Part shown: piece by piece, positions 13,016 to 26,624 of the stretch
How the letters are laid out: every line of letters begins with the position of its first letter
Numbering within the stretch: position 1 is the stretch's first letter
Origin: Eledone cirrhosa
Taxonomy: Eukaryota
DNA: 64,000 nucleotides
Direction: 5' to 3'
Assembly (NCBI GenBank): GCA_964016885.1
Contig: OZ024748.1
Coordinates: 52,576,001-52,640,000 of the forward strand
Made by a program: the position numbers and the translations under genes
The notes under the pieces: generated by a model
The model's input: the letters and a program-made list of their open reading frames with translations, nothing else
The model's database searches: none
Told to the model about the DNA's origin: nothing

Positions 13016-14180
13016 TGGTGGTGGTGGTGTGGTGGTGGTGGTGGTGGTGTGGTGGTGGTGGTGGTGGTGGTGGTGTGGTGGTGGTGGTGGTGGTGGTGGT
13101 GGTGGTGGTGGTGGTGGTGGTGGTGTGGTGGTGGTGGTGTGAGGTAGTGATGGTGGTGTGGTGGTGGTGGTGGTGGTGGTGGTAGTGGTGGTGGTGGTGG
13201 TAGTGGTGGCAGTGGTGGTGTGAGGTGGTGGTGGTGGTGGTGGTGGTGGTGGTGGTGGTGTGAGGTGGTGGTTGTGGTGGTGGTGGTGGTGGTGGTGGTG
13301 GTGGTGGTGGTGGTGGTAGTAGTGGTGGTGGTGGTGGTGGTGGTGGTGGTGGTGGTAGTGGTGGTGGTGGTGTGAGGTGGTGGTGGTGGTGGTGGTGTGA
13401 GGTGGTGAGAGATGGTGGTGGTGGTAGTGGTGGTGGTGGTGGTGGTGGTGCTGTTGCTGGTGGTGGTGGTGGTGGTGGTGGTAGTGGTGGTGGTGGTAGT
13501 GGTGGTGGTGGTGGTGTGTGGTGGTGGTGTGAGGTGGTGGTGGGGTGGTGGTGGTGGCGGTGGTGGTATGAGGTGGTGGTGGTGTGAGGGTGTGGTGGTG
13601 TGAGGGTGTGGTGGTGTGAGGGTGTGGTGGTGTGAGGGTGTGGTGGTGGTAGTGGTGGGGTGGCGGTGGCAGTGGCGGTGGTGGTGTGAGGGGGTGGTAG
13701 TGGTGGTGGTGGTGGAGTTGGCGGTGGTGGTGGGGTTAGTGGCGGTGGTGGGGGTAGTGGTGGTGGTGTGAGGTAGTGGTGGTGGTGGTGGTGGGGGTAA
13801 TGGTGGGGGTGTGGGTAGTGGTGGTGGTGAGTGTGGGTGTGGATGGGGGGGGGGGGTTTAGTGATGGCGGTGGGGGGAGTGGTGGTGTGAGGGTGTGGTG
13901 GTGGTGGTGTTTGAGGGGGTGGTAGTGGTAGTGGTGATGGTGATGGCTATAGAAGGCATTGTGGTGGCTGTAGTAGAGGTGATTGAGTGATGGTGGTGGT
14001 GGCTATAGTAGTGGTAGTGGTGGCTATAGTAGTGGTTGTGGTGGCTATAGTAGTGGTGGTGGTGGCTGTAGTAGTGGTGGTGGTGGCTATAGTAGTGGTG
14101 GTGGTGGCTATAGTAGTGGTTGTGGTGGCTATAGTAGTGGTAGTGGTGGATATAGTAGTGGTTGTAGTGGGGGTGGGGTA
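13016..14180. repeat. (GGT)n degenerate trinucleotide tract ending in a 21-bp repeat (gtggtggctatagtagtg..)
   Basis: Direct reading. Confidence 0.95.
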
Positions 14181-14398
14181 GCTTTGAACAGAAAATAAGA
14201 TAAAAACAAAAAGAATGAAAAATTGCAGAATAATAAATTCACACACACATAATATATATACATATGTATATATATGTGTGTGTGTGTGTGTATATATATC
14301 CTATATATAGTGTATATGTGTGTATATATATATATACATATATATATATGTGTATGTGTGTATGTATATATATATATATATATGTGTATGTGTGTATG

Positions 14399-14433
<35 letters not shown>

Positions 14434-15095
14434 AAAATAAAACCAAAGATAAAATAAGAAAATAATTTAAACACACATACCAACACACAAGATTTAATAA
14501 TAAAAAGAATTAAACACATTTACCTACATATATAAGTTAATATAAAAAATGTAATAATATATAATTTAAAAAAATACCTAAACAAACTTTATTAATAAAT
14601 ATCAAGTATTTTTCAGAGTTTCTTTCATGTAAACTATGCAGAAAAATTACCCTATGAAATTTCCACAGGATTTTCTGAATAAAATACACAAACAGTGAAA
14701 ACACTGTACATGAGTGTGTGTGTGGGTGTACGTGTGTGTGTATGTGGGTGTGTGTAAGTGTGTGTGGGTGTGTGTAAGTGTGTGTGTGTGTAAGTCTTGA
14801 GTGAGAATGTATTCATTTATGTGTCTAATTGTAAGTGTGTGGTGTGTGAGTGTAAATGTGTGTGTGTGTGTGTGTGTCTGTGAGTGTGTGATAGTAAATG
14901 TGTGTGTGAGTGTGAGTGAATGTGAGTGTGTAATTCTAAAAAAAAAGTATAAAATGCCCCTACCCCACCATCTGCCAATATCAACTTCTAAACCTAAAAT
15001 TTGACATACACTGTCAAGTAGACACAGGGAAGGGGAGATAATTTGCGATGAATTTAAAATATATATATATATGTGTAAACACACACACATATGCA

Positions 15096-15133
<38 letters not shown>

Positions 15134-15141
15134 CGTATATT

Positions 15142-15172
<31 letters not shown>

Positions 15173-15282
15173 TTATATATATATAAACATATATATATGT
15201 GTATGTATATATAAATATGTAAATAAATATCATCATCATAAACATATATATATATATGCATACACATATATGTGTGTGTGTG

Positions 15283-15324
<42 letters not shown>

Positions 15325-15420
15325 ATTTATGATTGTTGCTGTTATTTGCTTCTTTTTCTTTTGTAGTTAGCAAAAGTACACATAATCCCATGTTTCCCCC
15401 TTATTTGTTATGAGTGCACC

Positions 15421-15462
<42 letters not shown>

Positions 15463-15632
15463 ATATTATATTGTGTGTGTGTGTATATATATATATATCA
15501 TAATATAAATATATATATATACATCTATATTATATTATATTATGTGTGTGTGTGTATACATCATATTATAAAAATATATATATCATTTTTATAAATATAT
15601 AATATATATATATATATTATAATATGTGTGTG

Positions 15633-15660
<28 letters not shown>

Positions 15661-15665
<5 letters not shown>

Positions 15666-15853
15666 GAACGAGTAGGACCCCGACGGCTGAGCTCAAGCCG
15701 TTTTGACGGCTAATTCAGTCCAGAATTAGCCGTCGAAACGGCTTGAGCTCAGCCGTCGGGGTCCTACTCGTTCCTATAATCGACTCTACTACCCTAAGTA
15801 TTGAGTACTTTGGTGCGTTATGGTCCATCTGGTTCCTTACCACATTTCCTTCG

Positions 15854-15855
<2 letters not shown>
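15661..15855 (+). mobile_element. Fold-back insert (56-bp arms) with hammerhead 3' half and tail, in (TA)n
   Basis: Arms 15661-15716 and 15723-15778 have 1 mismatch. GAAA cggct-tgagctc-agccG TC lies at 15735-15757, and GAGTAC is in the tail at 15803. Homologous to 58008-58215. Confidence 0.75.
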
Positions 15856-15902
<47 letters not shown>

Positions 15903-16227
15903 GTGATATATACAGAAAGAGACAAAGAGAGAGATACAATTGATTCTTAAACCTTGTCAACTACATATTACATTCCTTTATTTTTGTTCTTGTTGTAGTG
16001 GTAGATTTGTGTGCATAGTGTGTGTATGATTATGTGTGTGTCTGTGTATGTGTTTGTGTGTGTGTTTGTTGTTTTAGTTTTCACTTTTGTTTTCTTCTGT
16101 TTTATCCAGGATTTTTTGTTGTCTTTTTTTTATTTATTTTTTTTTATTTTATTTTTGTTGTCTTTTTTTATTTGTTTGTTTGGTTTTAGTTTTCATTTAT
16201 TTTTTATCTATAACCTCCACCACCACC

Positions 16228-17155
16228 ATCAACAACACCACCACCACTTCCCTTCCAATGCCACCACCATTACCACTGCCGCTGATAATGTCAATATAGC
16301 AACACCACCTCCACAAACGACCCCACCACCACCACTATTACCACTGCCACCACCACTACACCACCACCACCACCACATCACTATTACCACCATCACCAGC
16401 ACCACTATTACCACCACCACTATCACCACCACTACTATTACCACCATCACCACCACCATCACCACCACCACTATTACCACCACCACCACCACCACTATTA
16501 CCACCATCACCACCACCACCACCACTATCACCACCACCACTATTACCACCACCACCATCACCACCACCATCACCACCACCACTATTACCACCATCACCAC
16601 CACCACCACCACTATCACCACCACCACTATTACCACCACCACCATCACCACCACCATCACCACCACCACTATTATCACCACCACCATCACCACTATCACC
16701 ACCATCACCACCACCATGACCATTATCACCACCACCACGACCATCACCACCGCCGCCGCCGCCACCACCACCACCAACACCACCACCACCATCACCACCA
16801 CCACCACCACCACCACCACCACCACCACCACCACCACCACCACCACCACCACCACCACCACCACCACCACCACCACCACCACCACCACCACCACTATCAC
16901 CACCACCACCACCATCACCACCACCACCACTATCACCACCACCACCACCACCACCACCACCACCACCACCACCGCCACCACCACCACCACCACCACCACC
17001 ACCACCACCACCACCACCACTATCACCACCACCACCACCATCACCACCACCACCACTATCACCACCACCACCACCACCACCACCACCACCACCACTATCA
17101 CCACCACCACCACCACCACCACTATCACCACCACCACCACCACCATCACCACCAT
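16228..17155. repeat. (ACC)n degenerate trinucleotide tract
   Basis: Direct reading. Confidence 0.95.
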
Positions 17156-17243
17156 GTCTATGTATATTTACAATAAAACCTGCAACAATGTCTCTAACAT
17201 TAATTCATTTCCTTAGCAATTTTTTTTTTCAAGGTGCCAACAT

Positions 17244-18621
<1,378 letters not shown>

Positions 18622-18897
18622 ACACACACATACACAAATCTACACACCCTCTCTCTCTCACCCTCTATTGTTCAAAGGATAAAAACAACAACAGCACACT
18701 TCTGAAAATATCATTGTGAAGGTAAGTCTTTGTAGGTGTACATGTATTACAGTGAATTACCCACAGGGCCACCTATACAGGAGTCACACTATATCCTGCT
18801 GGATTTGATATGCATGGGCACACCCTTTCTTTCAGTTCCTTTGTTTTGTTTACCCCTTTTTATACCCCTATCAGCCCTCCCTCCTCTGGGGTCTCCA

Positions 18898-21626
18898 GAC
18901 ACATACCGACACACATACTTACACACATACTGACAATCTCTGGTACACACACACACATACCGACACACATACCGACACACATACTGACACACTCTGATAC
19001 ACACACACACACACATACCAACACATACTGATACACACACACACACACATACCGACACACTCTGATACACACACACACACACATACCAACACACATACCG
19101 ACACACTCTGATACACACACACACATACCGACACACATACTGACACACTCTGATACACACACACACATACAATCCGACACACTCTGATACACACACACAC
19201 ACACATACCGACACACATACCGACACACTCTGATACACACACACACACACATACCAACACACTCTGATACACACACACACACACATACCGACACACATAC
19301 CGACACACACTGATACACACACATACATACCAACACACACTGATACACACACATACCGACACACACTGATACACACACACACACTGACCACAACCGCTGT
19401 CATCATCATCACCACCATCACTATCATCACCACAACCACTGACAACAACAACAAACATAACCATATATTCATTCGTATGGAAATCACTAACACCACCTCC
19501 ACCATTACAGTGACTGATACGACCACCATCATCACCACCATCATCACCACCATCACAACCACTAACACTACCATCACCACCATCACAACCACTAACACCA
19601 CCTCCACCATTACAGTGACTGATACGACCACCATCATCACCACCATCATCACCACCATCACAACCACTAACACCACCATCACCACCATCACAACCACTAA
19701 CACTACCATCACCACCATCACAACTACTAACACCACCTCCACCATTACAATGACTGATACGACCACCATCATCACCACCATCATCACCACCATCACAACC
19801 ACTAACACCACCATCACCCCCATGAACACAACCACTAACACTACCACCATCACCACCATCACCACCATCATCACAACCACTAACAGTACCACCATCATCA
19901 CCATCATCACAACCACTAACACTACCACCATCATCACCACCATCATCACCACCATCATCACCATCATCACCATCATCACCATCATCACAACCACTAACAC
20001 TACCACCATCATCACCATCATCACCACCATCATTATAACGACTAACTACCACCATCATCACCACCATCATCAGCATCATCACAACCACTAACACTACCAT
20101 CATCATCACCACCATCACCAACACCACCATCGCCACCATCACCAACACCACCATCACCAACACCACCACATCACCAACACCACCATCACCAACACCAACA
20201 TCACCACCATCACCAACACCACCATCACCAACACCACCATCACCAACACCACCATCACCAACACCACCATCACCACCATCACCACCATCACCAACACCAC
20301 CATCACCAACACCACCATCACCAACACCACCATCACCAACACCACCATCACCAACACCACCATCACCAACACCACCATCACCACCATCACCACCATCACC
20401 AACACCACCATCACCAACACCACCAACACCACCACATCACCAACACCACCATCACCAACACCACCATCTCCACCATCACCAACACCACCACACCACCATC
20501 ACCAACACCATCATCGCCACCATCACCAACACCACCAACACCACCACACCACCATCACCAACACCACCATCACCACCATTACCATCTCCACCATCACCAA
20601 CACCACCACACCACCATCACTACCATCACCACCACCACTACCATCACCACCACCACCACCAACGCCACCATCACCAACACCACCATCACCACCACCACTA
20701 CCATCACCACCACCACCACCACCAACGCCACCATCACCAACACCAACACCACCATCGCCACCATCACCAACACTACCATCAACACCACCACCAACACCAC
20801 CAACACCACCAAAACCATCATCACCACCACCACTACCATCACTACCACCACCACCATCACCACCAACGCCACCACCACCAACACAACCACACCACCAACA
20901 CCACCACCACCAACACCACCACCACCAACACCACCACCAACACCAACACCACCACCACCACCATCACCACCACCATCACCACCACCACCACCACTACCAT
21001 CACCACCACCATCACCACCATCACCAACACCACCACCACCACCATCACCAACACCACCATCTCCACCATCACCAACACCACCACCACCACCACCACCAAC
21101 ACCACCACCACCACCACCATCACCAACACCACCATCTCCACCATCACCAACACCACCACCACCACCACCACCAACACCACCACCACCAACACCACCACCA
21201 TCACCAACACCACCACCACCACCACCACCACCACCACCACCACCACCACCACCACCACCACCACCACCACCACCACCACCACCATCACCACCATCACCAA
21301 CACCACCACCACCACCACCATCACCACCACCACCACCACCACCACCACCACCACCACCACCACCACCACCACCACCACCACCACCACCACCACCACCACC
21401 ATCACCACCACCACCATCACCACCATCACCAACACCACCACCACCACCACCATCACCAACACCACCACCACCACCACCACCACCACCACCACCACCACCA
21501 CCACCACCACCACCACCACCACCACCACCACCACCATCACCACCATCACCAACACCACCACCACCACCACCATCACCAACACCACCACCACCACCAACAC
21601 CACCACCACCACCACCACCACCACCA
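18898..21626. repeat. (CA)n-based minisatellite followed by a ~2.2-kb (CAC/CAT/CAA)n tract
   Basis: ctgatacacac..ataccgacac blocks run to ~19385, then trinucleotide repeats with 105-135 bp higher-order duplications at 19490-19830. Confidence 0.95.
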
Positions 21627-21763
21627 GGAGAGGTATAGTTGCACTTATTCTTGAGGTGTTGTCACACAATTGCTGTAGAATTTGATGTCAGAGGCAGTGA
21701 TATAGGTATTCATTTCTTACATATGCCCTACTACCTTATTTAATATTTATACATACATGTACT

Positions 21764-21808
<45 letters not shown>

Positions 21809-21814
<6 letters not shown>

Positions 21815-21991
21815 TACCTTTTCTACATATTGTATTTTAAAGAGCTCAGGATTCCTTCCCCTTTCAGCACATTATTGACAGGGGATAGCAAGGGTCTATG
21901 GCTCCGTTAATTTATCGTGATATATATAATATTTATATTTGTATATCTCTGTGTGTATGTATATACATATATATCTATATGTCTGTGAATG

Positions 21992-22038
<47 letters not shown>

Positions 22039-22237
22039 GGGGGAGAGAGAGAGACATTCACACACATATAGATATATATGTATATACATACACACAGAGA
22101 TATACAAATATAAATATTATATATATCACGATAAATTAACGGAGCCATAGACTCTCGCTATCCCCTGTCAATAATGTGCTGAAAGGGGAAGGAATCCTGA
22201 GCTCTTTAAAATACAATATGTAGAAAAGGTAACACAC
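21809..22237. repeat. ~430-bp near-perfect palindrome centred on (CT)n(AT)n(AG)n
   Basis: 21809-22003 is the reverse complement of ~22045-22237 with only a few differences. Confidence 0.92.
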
Positions 22238-22384
22238 TAGAGAGATATACAGTGCGTTATCAATAAAACAGGGAAAACCACCAGTGTGTGGAATCTATAA
22301 CCTATGAAAGGCAGAGTAGACACACGATAATTAAAAATATAAATTAAAGTGTATATACGTATCTCTATAATTATATAACATATA

Positions 22385-22668
22385 TCATCATCATCATCAC
22401 CGTTTTACGTCCGTTCTTCCACGCTAGCATGGGTTAGATGGGTTGTCCTGTTGTGGGCAGTGTCTGGTCAGCTGACCATGCCTTGCTCATACAGGAACTG
22501 ATTTTGGCTTGATTTCTACAGCTGGTTGCCCTTCCTAACACCAACCTCATTTACAGTGAGTGGTGGGTGCTTTTTCCATGGCGCCTACACGCCCACTTTA
22601 CAGTGTGGTCTGGGTGCTTTTTTGCCGTGGCACCTCCACGACCACTTTGCAGTGGGAGGTTGTGGGGG
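22385..22668 (-). mobile_element. SINE family C (V-domain-like, (ATG)n tail), 5'-truncated
   Basis: Reverse complement of 57447-57737. Confidence 0.85.
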
Positions 22669-22789
22669 CATATTGTCTATATGCTTCTGCTTGTACCCAT
22701 GGGAGGTCGGGTACTCTGTATTACTGTGTGACGCCAGAGGTCCCGGTCGTGTGTCATCGCCTTTGAGAGGTGCAATTGGGTAAGGTCGG

Positions 22790-22835
<46 letters not shown>

Positions 22836-22954
22836 AGGTGAGTTTTATTGTAGTACAATAAAGCAATGCAGATATCGGATAAGAAGCACTCTACAGTTTG
22901 TAGGACTGGAGTATACATAATATAAGATCAAAAGATGGTTAAAGGAGTTCCATG

Positions 22955-23025
22955 TATTTTATTATGCGCATTTCAAAAACAAACATCATCATGCAATAAT
23001 ATTTGTGTTTTCATCAGATAAAACA
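22955..23025 (-). ncRNA. Type I hammerhead ribozyme (inverted copy)
   Basis: Reverse complement of 23147-23217. Confidence 0.8.
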
Positions 23026-23146
23026 GGAGAACATGATATGAAGGCTAAAAAACACTTGTGGATAGTGCAAGTTTTAAATCAACATATATGTTCATTTAAT
23101 ACTGCACTATCCACAAGTGTTTTTTAGCCTTCATATCATGTTCTCC

Positions 23147-23217
23147 TGTTTTATCTGATGAAAACACAAATATTATTGCATGATGATGTTTGTTTTTGAA
23201 ATGCGCATAATAAAATA
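23147..23217 (+). ncRNA. Type I hammerhead ribozyme
   Basis: tgttttat CTGATGA [long stem II aaacacaaatattatt/gatgatgtttgttttt] GAAA tgcgcA TA ataaaata. Stem I is 8 bp, stem III is the palindrome atgcgcat, and the cleavage site is AUA. Confidence 0.8.
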
Positions 23218-23269
23218 CATGGAACTCCTTTAACCATCTTTTGATCTTATATTATATATATATATATAT

Positions 23270-23501
23270 ATATTTATTAAAATAACAGATTAAAGTTTAA
23301 GCAAAGAATCGCTGCTTTTCACCCTTAACGGGATCTTCTGAGACTCAGAAGATCCCGTTAAGGGTGAAAGCAGCGATTCTTTGCTTAAACTTTAATCTGT
23401 TATTTTAATAAATATTTCCTCTACGGTTCTTATATATCTGATATATATTTATCCTTAGCGAGTCCTCTTTGGATTTTAGTCTTCAAATTTATTATTATTA
23501 C
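23270..23501 (+). mobile_element. Fold-back insert (~73-bp arms, 1-nt centre) with tail, in (TA)n
   Basis: Arms 23270-23342 and 23344-23415. Degenerate hammerhead-like cagaaga-tccc/gggt-GAAA. gagtcc in the tail at 23460. Confidence 0.7.
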
Positions 23502-23515
23502 TATATATATATATG

Positions 23516-23740
23516 TGGGCCATGTAGGTAACACGGTAAAAAGTTCCCAGTTCCACACTGTAAATGTGGTTGGTGTTAGGAAGGGCATCCAGCTGTAGAA
23601 AACCTGCCAGATAGTCCTATATGAGTGAGATACGGTCACCCGACCAATCTTGCCTCAAGTGGGACAACTCTCGTCTAACCCATGCTAGCATGGAAGATGG
23701 ACGTTAAACGACAATGGTGATATATATATATATATATATC

Positions 23741-23798
<58 letters not shown>

Positions 23799-23995
23799 GG
23801 CAACACGGTAAAAACCTCCCAGACCCACACTGTAAATGTGGTTGGTGTTAGGAAGGGCATCCAACTGTAGAAAACCTGCCAGACAGTCCTATGCGAGCAA
23901 GACAATCACTCTTGCCTCAAGTGGGACTACCCCCGTCCAAACCCATGCAAGCGTGGAACACGGACGTTAAACGTTGATGATGATGATGATGATGA
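23516..23995 (+). mobile_element. Two 5'-truncated family C SINE copies (23516-23719, 23795-23995) separated by (TA)n
   Basis: gttaggaagggcatcca...aacccatgctagc...ggacgttaaacg..tgatga in both. Confidence 0.85.
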
Positions 23996-24281
23996 TATAT
24001 ATACCCCTTTCAGTCTCTAGACATCTCAGCAAGACAGAAAAAAAAATCACTGAATTGGAAAGCAGAGGACAAGGTGGGGGAGGTTATAGGTGTGTGTAGG
24101 GGAGGGTGTGTAATGTAATATTTAATATACACACCTATATACCTGTGTATGGAGGGTGGGTAGTGTAATAAATATTTCATACACACCTATACCTGTGTAT
24201 CTGATTAAATGTAAGCATGGATACTCTGTACCAATACGATATGTAATGTAATGTTATTCGTATATTAGTAAACACATATAT

Positions 24282-24312
<31 letters not shown>

Positions 24313-24624
24313 CTTAAACACACACACATATATATGTGTGTGTAAGCTTATATGTATATATATATATATAAGTGTGTGTGTGTGTGTGTGTTAAACTATA
24401 TATATATAAATATATGTTTGTGTGTGTAAGTATATATATATAAATATATGTGTGTGTGTGTGTGTGTGCGTGTGTGTATAAATATATATGCGTGTGTCTA
24501 TGTATGTGAGTGTGTGTGTGTGTATATATATATATATAAAAACAATACCATTTACTTTTGTTATTCTTCAAATAGTTTTACTTTGATATTAGTTATTATT
24601 TGCTGTTAACAAATGTTGGGAACA

Positions 24625-25080
24625 TGTTGTTGTTGTTGTTGTGGTGGTGGTGGTGGTGGTGGTAGGGGGGAGTTAATGGTGGTGGTGGTGACGATGGTGG
24701 GGGGGTGTTGTTGGCAGTGGTGGTAGGGGTGTTGTGGTAATGGTGGTGGTGGTGGTTGTTGGCGGGGTTGTGGTGTTGGTGGTGGTGGTGGTGGCAGCAG
24801 TGCTGGTGGTGATGGGGGTGGTGATGTTGGTGTTGGTGTTGGCAGTGGTGATTAAGGGGATCGGGGGGGTGATGTGTGTGTGTGGGGGGGGGGGGGGGGG
24901 GGAGTTGTGGTGCTGGCAGTGGTGTTGGTCGTGGTAGAGTTGGTGGTGATGATGGTGGTGGTGGTGGCAGTGTTGGTGGTGGTTGCAATGGTGTTGGTTG
25001 TAGTCGTGGGGTGGTATCAGTGGTTTTGGAGTTGCTAGTGGTGGTTGCAGTGTTGGTGGAGGTGGTGGTGATGATGGTGT
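24625..25080. repeat. (GGT/GTT)n tract with a poly-G run
   Basis: Direct reading. Confidence 0.9.
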
Positions 25081-25424
25081 CATTGTTTTTATTGTTATTG
25101 TTGTATTTTGGGGTCTTTCTTGAGTTATTTAGGGTAATTCATTGTTTCTGAAATGTCCAATGGTCAAACATTTCCACCCCACCCTCACAAACACTCTCAG
25201 GTGTATAGTTACACACACATACTAACTAACTCCCACCTATACACTTATACACACTTATACACAAATATACACACAGATACATACATACACATATATATAT
25301 ATATACACACAAAAATGCAACAACACATACTTATACAAGCACATATACACACACACACAAATATATATACATATATATATATACACACACACACAAAAAT
25401 ATATATATAGACACACACACATAC

Positions 25425-25426
25425 AA

Positions 25427-25457
<31 letters not shown>

Positions 25458-25529
25458 AATATATATATAAATAAATATATATATATATATATATAAATAT
25501 AAATATATATAAATAAATATATATATATA

Positions 25530-25589
<60 letters not shown>

Positions 25590-25610
25590 TATATATATAT
25601 AAATAAATAT

Positions 25611-25641
<31 letters not shown>

Positions 25642-25686
25642 AATAAATATATATATATATAAATAAATATATATATATATATAAAT

Positions 25687-25775
<89 letters not shown>

Positions 25776-25776
25776 A

Positions 25777-25825
<49 letters not shown>

Positions 25826-25936
25826 TATATAAATAAATATATATATATATATAACTAAATATATATATATATAAATAAATATATATATATAAATAAATAT
25901 ATATATATATAAATAAATATATATATATAAATAAAT

Positions 25937-26008
<72 letters not shown>
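25425..26008. repeat. ~580-bp (AT)n/(AAAT) tract
   Basis: Direct reading. Confidence 0.95.
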
Positions 26009-26011
<3 letters not shown>

Positions 26012-26539
26012 ACAGCACAAAGATACACACTCATATATATGCACATACATACATGTACATACATATGTACAAACGTGCAACACACAGACTCGCACACACA
26101 CACACAAACACACATCGCATACACATTCTACAAACATACTACACACACATCACATCACATACACACATCACATACACACATCACATACACACACACATAT
26201 AAATATAATACCAAGTTTGAAATGACATAAGAATAGATGACCAATGCCTTAATGAGAAAGTTGGCCCAAAATATGTAATCTAACAAATACCATTGTTGCC
26301 TTCCTTTTGCCTTATTACCAAAAACCATACATACAACAAGTAATGACTGAATGAACAACAAATGAAATAACTGCTGAACAAGCTTTCTGGCTATTGTTGT
26401 CTGATGGGAGTGGGGTGTGTGTGGGGGAAGGGGTTGTGTGGGGGTGGGTGGGTGGGTGGATGGGGTGAGGGTGGGGGTTTATATCAGACTTGTAACTTAT
26501 TTATTACACAGTCGTTCCACTATTTTGGTTATGACACCT

Positions 26540-26624
<85 letters not shown>

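Larger units (their letters stand above)
22831..23255. mobile_element. Fold-back insert (~153-bp arms) with two hammerheads and a tail, in (TA)n
   Basis: Arms 22917-23069 and 23103-23255 look identical by eye. The single-copy tail 22831-22916 contains aagcactc. Homologous to 47545-47780. Confidence 0.85.

Noticed and set aside
16011-17216. 401-aa Thr-rich mucin-like ORF
   Set aside because: It is a translation of an (ACC)n microsatellite preceded by T-rich low-complexity DNA, with no domain or exon evidence.
18679-18721. Plus-strand exon-like segment ending at gtaagt
   Set aside because: It has stops in all three frames and nothing else supports it.
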